DNA of 63,980 nt, counting the filler. It is 10 parts of 10 records of this genome, joined end to end, with 100 filler letters (N's around TTAATTAATTAA, not from the genome) between each part and the next. Parts side by side here need not be neighbours in the genome. Positions count along the whole stretch, not along the records: positions 6,445 to 14,143 come from SRR31147125_62594; positions 14,244 to 20,688 come from SRR31147125_62827; 8 more parts are not named here. The stretch is one strand, 5' to 3'. This document shows, piece after piece, positions 9,934 through 18,249 of this stretch. The position numbers and the translations under genes are program-made. The notes beneath the pieces were generated by a model. That model saw only the letters and a list, made by a program, of their open reading frames with translations. It did not search any database and was not told where the DNA came from. Positions within the stretch are counted from its first letter, which is position 1, and every line of letters begins with the position of its first letter.

Positions 9934-11161
9934 AATCTATTAAATCTCCGATTTTATATTCATAACCAATCTGAAGGACTATTGAATCTGGTGTAAACAT
10001 TACTACAGTTGAATTATATTGCAATTCAGCTTTCAACCTAGCAACCTGTTTTTTCTCTAGTGTTAATTTCGCTTGTAATGCCGCCCTTTGCTGCTCAAGT
10101 ACAAATTTCTCATTCTGTAACTGGATAACAATTTCAGAGTCTATTTCATAATCAGGTTGAGACCCATCATCTTTAATAGCTTGAACAGATTGTCTCTGTT
10201 TAGATTTTATAATTTCTTTTTGAGGTTCAGAAGATTGTTCAGTTGAAGCTGAAGCAGTAGCCATACCCATGGCACCAGTAAAACCGCTCATTAACCAGTT
10301 AAGACAAGTTATCATACCACCACAAATAGAAAGCCAGAATACAAAACCAACAATAGTAAAGCGAGTTGTCAATTCAAGAGTGTTGCGGCGGATGAACCAA
10401 AACAACAAACCAAGAGATGAACGACGTTGAAACTCTTGTTTTTGTGCATTACCTTTAAAGCCGCCAGCAAATGGCTTAGAATAAGAGTCATATACTTTAT
10501 ACAACGCTGGTAATCGATAAAAATATTTCTTAAGAGGTTCACCAGTTGAATTGTCACTTTTAGTTATCTGACATATCTTTGGATTATATTCACGAGTCAA
10601 ACAAGCTTTAAGCTCATACCAATCTTTGTTTAAAATTTTAAAGATTGAATCAAAATCAGTTTCACATGTTTTAAGTTCAATTGACTGATTTGCTGAATCA
10701 CGAATCGCAGGAGGCATATTTTTGACTTGTTGTGTTAACAATTCAATAGAACCGCCTCTATGCCTTATTTCGCCTAAAAAAGTAATCCAACCTTTTATAC
10801 GTGGGTCTGATCGTTTTTCACCTTCATAAAAATTATGAACCTCATCTATAGCAATATGAGTATTGTTCAAGTTTACATCTTTGAAAAAATCCCAAGGCTC
10901 AGATTTGCCAGTACGCCAATCCTCAAGAACGTGTTTAGGTATAAGTTTAATACGCTTTTTAAGGTCACGTGGATTAAGTTTAAGGCGAGGATGAAGCCTA
11001 GCACACATGACAGCCATTTTATTAACCTTGATAGGAAAATTAGAATAATGAACGCCATCATAAAAAGGTAAGAACTCGTTAAGCAAAAATTCAGCACAAC
11101 GGCTATATGTTTTGCCAACACCAACGGAACCAGTAGTTAATGTGATAATCCCATCTGGCAT
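9824..11161 (-). CDS. Zot/pI-like morphogenesis ATPase
   Basis: Walker A TGSVGVGKT at the N-terminus, Walker B IAIDEVH, IRHRG...LLTQ, YKVYDS, one TM segment, coiled-coil and basic C-terminal tail. Confidence 0.9.
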   Translation of the reverse strand: MPDGIITLTTGSVGVGKTYSRCAEFLLNEFLPFYDGVHYSNFPIKVNKMAVMCARLHPRLKLNPRDLKKRIKLIPKHVLEDWRTGKSEPWDFFKDVNLNNTHIAIDEVHNFYEGEKRSDPRIKGWITFLGEIRHRGGSIELLTQQVKNMPPAIRDSANQSIELKTCETDFDSIFKILNKDWYELKACLTREYNPKICQITKSDNSTGEPLKKYFYRLPALYKVYDSYSKPFAGGFKGNAQKQEFQRRSSLGLLFWFIRRNTLELTTRFTIVGFVFWLSICGGMITCLNWLMSGFTGAMGMATASASTEQSSEPQKEIIKSKQRQSVQAIKDDGSQPDYEIDSEIVIQLQNEKFVLEQQRAALQAKLTLEKKQVARLKAELQYNSTVVMFTPDSIVLQIGYEYKIGDLIDYGIHKNKQLKRIDYKRRKAVLSDDSVLRLGVQRKVQ

Positions 11162-11165
11162 AATA

Positions 11166-11576
11166 CTATCCTATAAATGGTACGTGTTTAATTATGAGTT
11201 TATACGTTACATAAACGCTCAAGAAAGCCCATCTAGCGAGCAATAGAGTAAATGCGAGAGATACAGGAGCCCAACAATTTGCAACAGCATAATGTTCCAT
11301 AACAGTTGAATAATCATCAGGGGAAACGGAAAAAGCGTTAAAGGCAGCTTGCAAAAGATTACCTAACAAGTTTTCAGATAAGCCAACAACCCAATCAAAA
11401 ACAGATCGAAGAATTCCAGGATCAACTGATGTACCCCAAAATACCTCTTGCCAAAAACCTTGCTGTTCAACATTCATACTATTAGGGTCAATAGGCTCAG
11501 TCTGTTCAGCAAAAACAGGAAAACACATTGATAACAACAACACAATAATAAAACTAGTCTTCATATTCACTATCAA
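11166..11576 (-). CDS. pVI-like minor coat protein
   Basis: Small hydrophobic protein immediately upstream of Zot; C-terminus LLARWAF...KLIIKHVPFIG resembles inovirus pVI ends. Confidence 0.6.
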   Translation of the reverse strand: MIVNMKTSFIIVLLLSMCFPVFAEQTEPIDPNSMNVEQQGFWQEVFWGTSVDPGILRSVFDWVVGLSENLLGNLLQAAFNAFSVSPDDYSTVMEHYAVANCWAPVSLAFTLLLARWAFLSVYVTYKLIIKHVPFIG

Positions 11577-12855
11577 TATCCTCTTCTTTATAATCAGCTA
11601 GATCATGAAATATTTTATTAAAAAAACTTACTAATAAAAACATACTCAAAATATTGTAAGTCATATCACGGATTGTAGAAATGTCAGTACTACCAACAAC
11701 TGTATTAGACATATCAAATTGAACATCTATATCATCAACACCACAAGGCAACTGAAAAGAAATATCATGCTGAACTAAATCATCCCACCAACCAGCGAAT
11801 TCAGCACCATCTTTGATAGACTCTAGATCGTCAAAACCGTCAAAGAATCCAAGTTGATCGGTTAGCAATTGCATATTCGTATCTAAATTTGATTTGATCA
11901 TGCCTTCAGTTTGTTCTGAAATAGAATCCGAATCGGAATAATCCCAAACCCAATAATCAGGGACTACATCTGGAGCAGAAAAAGAAATACCATCAGGAAG
12001 ATTCAAACCACAGAATTCATAGTAATCGGAATTGAAATTATAAAAATTATGGAAATCAAAAAATTTATAATATACCCACCTATAGCGATACTGTACGAAT
12101 CCCAAGCCGCCTATATAGTCAGGATAAACAGCTCTTAATGTTCCAGCACTGGGGTAATGCCCTAAATAATCCGAACCTTTGCCGAGCGGAAAAACAACAT
12201 AGACACTCATTTCACCACCGTCAAATAAATCTAAAGGAAATATATTATCGGGGTTAAAAGGGACGGATGTACGATATTCGTTATGTTCCTTTGCCGACTT
12301 ATTACAAAAAGTATAATCAGGAGCTTCATTCAAACTAACTGCAGGGTCATAAAAAACATCACCTGTAGAATAATCTACTGTAGGTATAAGCGTAAAATAA
12401 CCGCCTCCATGATAAGAGGCTGAACATAATGCATTTTTAGACTCGAGGTACCAGAATGTAGCATAAGTACCCTGTCTTGAAACTATTTGCCAATCATTAG
12501 CAATAGTATCTAAGTATTCCTGGGTGATCGGCGAGCCGTCATAGTTTGGCAGAAGTGCTTTAGGGTCAATAAAGCAATAGTAATAAAAATTACTATCCTT
12601 AGAATGATAAATAGTCATGTCGCCGAACATGGGATGATTTATAGTTTCTACGTTATCGATTACTGGTGCATTTTGCCAGCCTGTATAGTCTACATCTGTA
12701 CGCCATTGAGTAAAAAAATGCTTAACTGAAGGAGTCAAACTGGTATAACTAGAAGACATAACAGCAAAGTCAGCCATGTTGACAACGCCATCATTATTTA
12801 AGTCTTGAGCAAAAGCAGAGAAACATAAAAAAATTATTATGATAAATATACGCAT
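11554..12855 (-). CDS. pIII-like adsorption protein with N-terminal dockerin-type Ca-binding loop
   Basis: Signal peptide; DLNNDGVVNMAD at residues 18-29; C-terminal TM anchor IRDMTYNILSMFLLVSFF; located upstream of pVI-like and Zot genes. Confidence 0.6.
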   Translation of the reverse strand: MRIFIIIIFLCFSAFAQDLNNDGVVNMADFAVMSSSYTSLTPSVKHFFTQWRTDVDYTGWQNAPVIDNVETINHPMFGDMTIYHSKDSNFYYYCFIDPKALLPNYDGSPITQEYLDTIANDWQIVSRQGTYATFWYLESKNALCSASYHGGGYFTLIPTVDYSTGDVFYDPAVSLNEAPDYTFCNKSAKEHNEYRTSVPFNPDNIFPLDLFDGGEMSVYVVFPLGKGSDYLGHYPSAGTLRAVYPDYIGGLGFVQYRYRWVYYKFFDFHNFYNFNSDYYEFCGLNLPDGISFSAPDVVPDYWVWDYSDSDSISEQTEGMIKSNLDTNMQLLTDQLGFFDGFDDLESIKDGAEFAGWWDDLVQHDISFQLPCGVDDIDVQFDMSNTVVGSTDISTIRDMTYNILSMFLLVSFFNKIFHDLADYKEEDIDSEYED

Positions 12856-12856
12856 A

Positions 12857-13477
12857 TTATTTTACAATTACTGAAGTAAAAGAAGGACCTAATAAATTGG
12901 CAGAGTTAAAAGCACTATTAACAATAGAATTGTTACCAACTGCAAAAATATAATCAAATGAAAAGAAAGAACAAACGCCTGTATAAATCACATTATCACT
13001 GTAAGTACATAAATTAAATTTGAACAATAACGATTTTAAAGTTGAAGAATTGCACGAATCATCAGTTACAAACTGAAAGTCACAATAAGAAAAAATATAA
13101 TCGTCACAAAAAATCTCAATGTAATAGTCGTCAGAGTAAATAATATAACTACCAGTATCAATAAAAACATCAAAATAAAAGCTATCGTAATGGGCGTCAA
13201 AGTTAGAGAAAGTTAACGTGATAGCATCATTAACAGGTTTACCAGAATCACAAAAAACAGAATCATTATAAGATAAAAGGAAAGTCTCAATATAATCAGT
13301 GTTGTCTTTACAATCATATAGCCAATCCGAAAAAAATAACCTATTGTCTGAAATATTCGGGTCATAATTTTTTGAATACTCCGAAAAATCTATTAAATCA
13401 ACTCGATTATCATTATTAACGTCAGCAGAATATACAACACATGCAAAACTAATCAAAATCAACATTATCATTTTCAT
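12857..13477 (-). CDS. Secreted phage protein with dockerin-type Ca-binding loop
   Basis: Signal peptide ending VYSA; DVNNDNRVDLID at residues 19-30; Asp/Tyr/Phe-rich. Confidence 0.6.
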   Translation of the reverse strand: MKMIMLILISFACVVYSADVNNDNRVDLIDFSEYSKNYDPNISDNRLFFSDWLYDCKDNTDYIETFLLSYNDSVFCDSGKPVNDAITLTFSNFDAHYDSFYFDVFIDTGSYIIYSDDYYIEIFCDDYIFSYCDFQFVTDDSCNSSTLKSLLFKFNLCTYSDNVIYTGVCSFFSFDYIFAVGNNSIVNSAFNSANLLGPSFTSVIVK

Positions 13478-13838
13478 GGTTTATCTCCATTCCAAGTATA
13501 AAAGAAAATCTATTCATTAAATCATTATCGATTTCTTGTTTACTATTTTTATAAGTGTTTGGGTCTAAATCTCTTGATAAAAGAATATCCATATCAACAG
13601 AATACAACTCGATAAGTATATTAGAAGCTTCATGCTGTTCAGCAGTCAAAAGACCTATAGAATTAGGGTCAACATACATATCGTCAGATGTAAGACCGAC
13701 AGACAGCCTTGCATCATTAACAGCACAAGTTAGAGAATCAGACAAAACTACACGCCTTGCTAATAATTCAATCATAGAATCAGCAAAAAGAGTTACTGAA
13801 ACCAAACACACGATTACCATTGTCTTAAATATGTCCAT
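13449..13838 (-). CDS. Secreted hypothetical phage protein
   Basis: Signal-peptide-like N-terminus; overlaps both neighbouring genes. Confidence 0.55.
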   Translation of the reverse strand: MDIFKTMVIVCLVSVTLFADSMIELLARRVVLSDSLTCAVNDARLSVGLTSDDMYVDPNSIGLLTAEQHEASNILIELYSVDMDILLSRDLDPNTYKNSKQEIDNDLMNRFSFILGMEINHENDNVDFD

Positions 13839-14143
13839 ATCTTTTCAAAAATGCTATAAATAAAAATAAGCTCAAACAGAGTTTCATTGTTTTTCTAACA
13901 GTATCAAGAGTAGAGCCCGGTTCAGGTAGCATACTCCAACGAACTTCAACACCTTCATACATACCAAGTCCAGGTAAATTGAAAACAAACTCTTTGTTTG
14001 TTTCTTCTAAATCAGCAAAAGGAACAAATGTTGGTGAAGGGTCAAAACCTAAATCATCTCCAGTAACAGAAATACTATCACCATCTAATTCAAAATGAAC
14101 ATCAGGCTCGATTGGGTCACCAGCCAAAAGTAAGGAAGGTAAA
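13825..14143 (-). CDS. Phage protein with C-terminal TM anchor (5' truncated)
   Basis: Frame is open to the contig edge (LPSLLLAGDPIE...); C-terminus VRKTMKLCLSLFLFIAFLKR. Confidence 0.55.
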
Positions 14144-14243
14144 NNNNNNNNNNNNNNNNNNNNNNNNNNNNNNNNNNNNNNNNNNNNTTAATTAATTAAN
14201 NNNNNNNNNNNNNNNNNNNNNNNNNNNNNNNNNNNNNNNNNNN
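14144..14243. other. Artificial contig-joining spacer
   Basis: N44-TTAATTAATTAA-N44. Confidence 0.99.
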
Positions 14244-15208
14244 GTTTTTGCAAACATTGTATGGCCGAAGCCAAAAAGTTGGGAATTGATTTGGAGAAAA
14301 TTAAAAAAGCATTAGCAAAAGATAAAAATTCTCAACCCGAAAGGGACCAGTGGATGGCTTTTCGGGCAGCTTCTACCACACGTTTTTATAAAGATATTTC
14401 AGAAGAAATTGCGCGGGTAAAAATGAATCCCAAATGCCATCTTCGATACAACGATACTTATCCATACCGGGGAAAAGAAGGATGGAATCCACGTGATTTG
14501 AGTATGTACATCGACGATGTGTCGGAACATTTGGGGTCGTTAGTTAATCAAGATCATCAGGAACAAGAGGGCAACCTCGGGGAAACATTTGCACGTCGAA
14601 AAAGATGGCTGACAACCAACCGTAATTTTATTGGTGACGATATGCCACTAATTTGTGGAATTGCGCCGCGAATGAAAGCAACTCCCGAACTGGTAAAAGC
14701 CGGGATAAAAGTTGCTTTGGAACATCCTGCCAATGTAAACGGTATTGCGCTAAAACATTACGATGGTGCTTCGTTTGGTTTATTGCGGGCTTTTAAACAG
14801 GGAATGATTGAAGCCGGAGTTCAGGGCTTAACACCAACCATGGGCAAAGAATTCGAAGAAATGAAGCTTACCAACTTTGCCATTGTTAATGATTTTGTGG
14901 AAGAGTGGGGAGTTGAAACATCGGGGAAAGGTGTGGCTACTTTTAACTTTAATTACCCAAACGGAACTTACGATATTCGAATCAGCTATTTCGATGAGGA
15001 AGCAGGAAATAGTAAAATTACATTGTTTGTTGCAAACGAAGCAAAAGTAAGCTTTCAACTTGATGAAAACTCGGACTGCTGGCGTTGGCGTTTGTTTAAA
15101 GACATTCAGATTAATAAAGGCGATAAAATACGAGTTGTAGCAGAAGCCGATGGTAGCGAGCAAGTTCGGTTGGATTATATTGAATTTATAGCAAAGGATG
15201 AGGAATAA
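14244..15208 (+). CDS. C-terminal part of a putative CAZyme with CBM-like beta-sandwich
   Basis: 5' truncated; C-terminal GTYDIRISYFDE...GDKIRVVAE...VRLDYIEF typical of CBM6/35-like modules. Confidence 0.5.
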
Positions 15209-15220
15209 AAAACAACTAAA

Positions 15221-16981
15221 TTGATAGATATGAATAAAATAGCTGTGTCATTATTACTTGTATGTTTTGTGCTGAACAATGCAGTTGCACAAGAATCTGA
15301 ACTACCAAACACGAAAAATTATTGGAACACTGAAATACCTTTAGTATCGTACCGTTTACCTCCGCCGCCAGCAGGCTATAAACCCACTTTGGTGGATATG
15401 GATAATGATGGCGATCCGGATTTAATTTATTCTGTTACCATCCACAATACACCCATATTGTGGATCGACGATGACGATGACATGAAAAATGATGACCTGG
15501 AAGGTGATACCGACAGCGACTGCCTGTTAGTAGATGTTAATAATGATGGTAAATACTGCGATCAGAGCGATATTGCGGTGGACTGGATTGATACAGATTT
15601 GGACAACAAAGCTGATATGCAGGTATTTATCGAGAATGCGCGGGAGGAAAATGGCAAAAGACGTAGAGGAGGACATTACATGTGGGTTATCGATACCGAC
15701 AACGACAATGTGTTCAACTACATCGATTGGAACAGTTTTAAACTACTGGCATGGTTGCGCGAGGGAAGCTCCGGTTTTCTGGAAGATTATGTGGGCCAAA
15801 GCACTTTTTTAAAAGCACATGCTTCAACCTACCAAATGAACGATGTTCGCCTGAGCTGGGAAAATCCTTTTTTGTTTTTCGATCAGGATGATGACGGATT
15901 AACCGAAATGGCTTATCGGGGATTGGATCAACCCGAGTCTCGCGAAAATGGCTATACCGAAGAAAAAATAAGCTACGTAGGCCTTACTTTCGATTTAGAC
16001 AATGACAACGCTCCCGGAAATGAATTTGATTACGATATGTCGTTTCGATTCACTGGTAATGGCTTTAATTATATGGATCAGGTACATAAATTCCGTAACC
16101 CACGCGTAGAGGAGGCAGATACTTTTTTCAGAGATTCCCGTTGGCGACAATTAACCGAGCTAATTTATCCGGGGTTCGACTCTGCTTTAGACCTGACGTA
16201 TGAAAGAGGAGAATGGGATGAAATTTATTTTGTTTACGACGAAGATGACGATTGCGAACGTTGGGAAAGGGTAGAGTTTTACGAACCCCTTAATCCATTT
16301 AAAACAGGCAGGCGTAATGGAGGATTAGATAATAATCCACAGGCCGATGCCATAGGAGACCGCGGCGAATGGGATTTGGATAACAGTGGAAACGCTAATC
16401 TGTACATCTCTAAATTCGATGGCAGAATACATCTTTTTGGCGCAGAATGGGGGTGTTGGAGAGTCGATCAGCTAGCCAATTCCTTTCAGGGAACCGGTGG
16501 CTATCGTTCCAATGCCGATCGTACACAAAGAGAGTTCGCTCCTTTTAGCACTTTAAAATACGAAGACACTGACGACAACGGTTTTATCGATAAAATTGAA
16601 ATGGACATTGATGGTGATACCATTTTTGAAAAGACAGTGCTTCTGAAAGACCTTGGTATTGATGACTGTTGCGATATCATAAATACATCTAAAATGGAGT
16701 ACGATGATTTTAGAAAACTTCATATCTCCATGTCGGAAAATATTTGGCAAAATGCCCGGCAAGCCCTGAAAATTGCCGAAAATAAAGGATTGAATACGTC
16801 GTGGTATGCCTTTATGAAAAGTCCGAAATCGGAATCGCAAAAATACAGTTACGGCTATTGGTTGCAATTCTACATTTACATGGATTTGGTTTATCAGGCC
16901 AAACAAAACGGGAAAGATCAGGAACTAGGCATAATTGACAAAGCTTATTTTGGTGGCAATTGGCAACTTTTAGTAAATTAA
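15221..16981 (+). CDS. Secreted Asp-rich protein with many DxDxDG-type Ca-binding motifs
   Basis: Signal peptide; DMDNDGDPD, DVNNDG, DTDLDN, DTDNDN, DQDDDG, DLDNDN, DTDDNG, DIDGD. Confidence 0.7.
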   Translation: MIDMNKIAVSLLLVCFVLNNAVAQESELPNTKNYWNTEIPLVSYRLPPPPAGYKPTLVDMDNDGDPDLIYSVTIHNTPILWIDDDDDMKNDDLEGDTDSDCLLVDVNNDGKYCDQSDIAVDWIDTDLDNKADMQVFIENAREENGKRRRGGHYMWVIDTDNDNVFNYIDWNSFKLLAWLREGSSGFLEDYVGQSTFLKAHASTYQMNDVRLSWENPFLFFDQDDDGLTEMAYRGLDQPESRENGYTEEKISYVGLTFDLDNDNAPGNEFDYDMSFRFTGNGFNYMDQVHKFRNPRVEEADTFFRDSRWRQLTELIYPGFDSALDLTYERGEWDEIYFVYDEDDDCERWERVEFYEPLNPFKTGRRNGGLDNNPQADAIGDRGEWDLDNSGNANLYISKFDGRIHLFGAEWGCWRVDQLANSFQGTGGYRSNADRTQREFAPFSTLKYEDTDDNGFIDKIEMDIDGDTIFEKTVLLKDLGIDDCCDIINTSKMEYDDFRKLHISMSENIWQNARQALKIAENKGLNTSWYAFMKSPKSESQKYSYGYWLQFYIYMDLVYQAKQNGKDQELGIIDKAYFGGNWQLLVN

Positions 16982-16996
16982 ATAAAACAACATAAG

Positions 16997-18244
16997 ATGA
17001 TTTTAGTGAAAAATGGGAATAGGTTCGAAAATAACAACCTGAAAATGATTGTAAACAGAATCAGTGGAATACTAAGCATCGCATGTTTGATGCTCTTATT
17101 ATGTTCCTGTGGCGAAAAGAAATCAGAATTATTGATAAGCGACGGAACTGTTTTTGAACCACAGGCAAGTTTTCCAAAATTTAGTTGGGAAACCACACCC
17201 ATGTATTATCACTTCGGAGATATAGACCGGGTGTTGGAGCCTGAAGAAGTGAAGTTTATAGCCGAACGAACCGATTTTATATGTATTGAAAAATCGCATG
17301 GGTACAACCAGCTTGGCGACCAGGTGTTGGGCACAAAACACGAAGTGGAAGCGTTTCATAAAATCAAGCCAGAGTCTAAAGTAATGTTCTATTATAATTC
17401 GTATTTGGCATGGCCTTATCCTCGGTTTAATAAAGAATTTACACCAGAAGGCATTGCTAAAAACCCAGAGTTAGCTAAATTCCTATTTGTAAGTCCAAAG
17501 ACTGGAAAATTAAGGGAAAAAACCAAGCCGGCATTTTCATACTATTTTGATGCCTTAAATCCTGATTTCCGCAAATGGTGGATTGAGTCGGCTGCTGAAG
17601 GTGTTAAAATATCAGGTGCTGATGGAATTTTTATCGACCGCATGAATGTGGGCTTAAATATGGATTATCCGAATGATAAGATAGTTGAAATAGCAAAAGC
17701 CAAGGGCGAAATGATGGCTGGATTAAAGGAAAAAATGGGGCCTGATAAAATATTGATTGGAAACAACGCTGCCGACACTAAAGAGGTTTTTCCGCATTGC
17801 GATGGATTCTTTTTCGAACATTATAATAACACCGTTACCAATAAAGAACACCTGCTAAAAGAATGGGGTGATATGGAACGAATTGCAAAGGCTGGAAAAT
17901 TCTCGATTTATCGTTTTGGAGCCAAAGGTAAAGGTAAAACAGATATAACCATTGGCGAAACAATTACCGACGGCATGGTAGAACGTTCAAAAAAACAGTT
18001 GGAATATTACCACGCTTGTTTCCTCATTGGCGCACAACCCTATTCTTATTTTCAATGGAACTGGGGATGGAATTTGCCCGATGGAAATCTGGTCGATTAT
18101 CCGGCATTTAAAAAACCTTTAGGTGCGCCAAAAGAAGCTTTTAAACGTGTAAGCCCCGAAGGCTGGGAGTTTACCCGCGAATTTGAAAATGCCAGTGTTT
18201 GGGTAAATACCGAAACCAAAAAAGCTAAAATAACCTGGCGCTAA
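16997..18244 (+). CDS. Putative glycoside hydrolase, GHL15/GH168 (endo-fucanase)-like lipoprotein
   Basis: Lipobox LLCSC; PKFSWET...FIAERTDFICIEKSHG, ADGIFID, FLIGAQPYSYF, PLGAP...FTREFENASVWVN. Confidence 0.7.
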   Translation: MILVKNGNRFENNNLKMIVNRISGILSIACLMLLLCSCGEKKSELLISDGTVFEPQASFPKFSWETTPMYYHFGDIDRVLEPEEVKFIAERTDFICIEKSHGYNQLGDQVLGTKHEVEAFHKIKPESKVMFYYNSYLAWPYPRFNKEFTPEGIAKNPELAKFLFVSPKTGKLREKTKPAFSYYFDALNPDFRKWWIESAAEGVKISGADGIFIDRMNVGLNMDYPNDKIVEIAKAKGEMMAGLKEKMGPDKILIGNNAADTKEVFPHCDGFFFEHYNNTVTNKEHLLKEWGDMERIAKAGKFSIYRFGAKGKGKTDITIGETITDGMVERSKKQLEYYHACFLIGAQPYSYFQWNWGWNLPDGNLVDYPAFKKPLGAPKEAFKRVSPEGWEFTREFENASVWVNTETKKAKITWR

Positions 18245-18249
18245 TTTTT

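Larger units (their letters stand above)
7274..14143 (-). mobile_element. Filamentous phage (inovirus-like) prophage, partial: morphogenesis and structural end
   Basis: Tightly packed minus-strand run of secreted/TM proteins, pIII-like, pVI-like, Zot/pI ATPase, secretin and TraX, ending at a dif-like site next to a host gene; Rep, SSB and major coat genes not in the contig. Confidence 0.8.

Noticed and set aside
9824-11161. Zot as an enterotoxin or virulence factor
   Set aside because: Only the morphogenesis ATPase motifs are seen; nothing supports toxin activity
11554-13477. Cellulosome components
   Set aside because: Single dockerin-like loops, no catalytic or cohesin domains recognised, phage context
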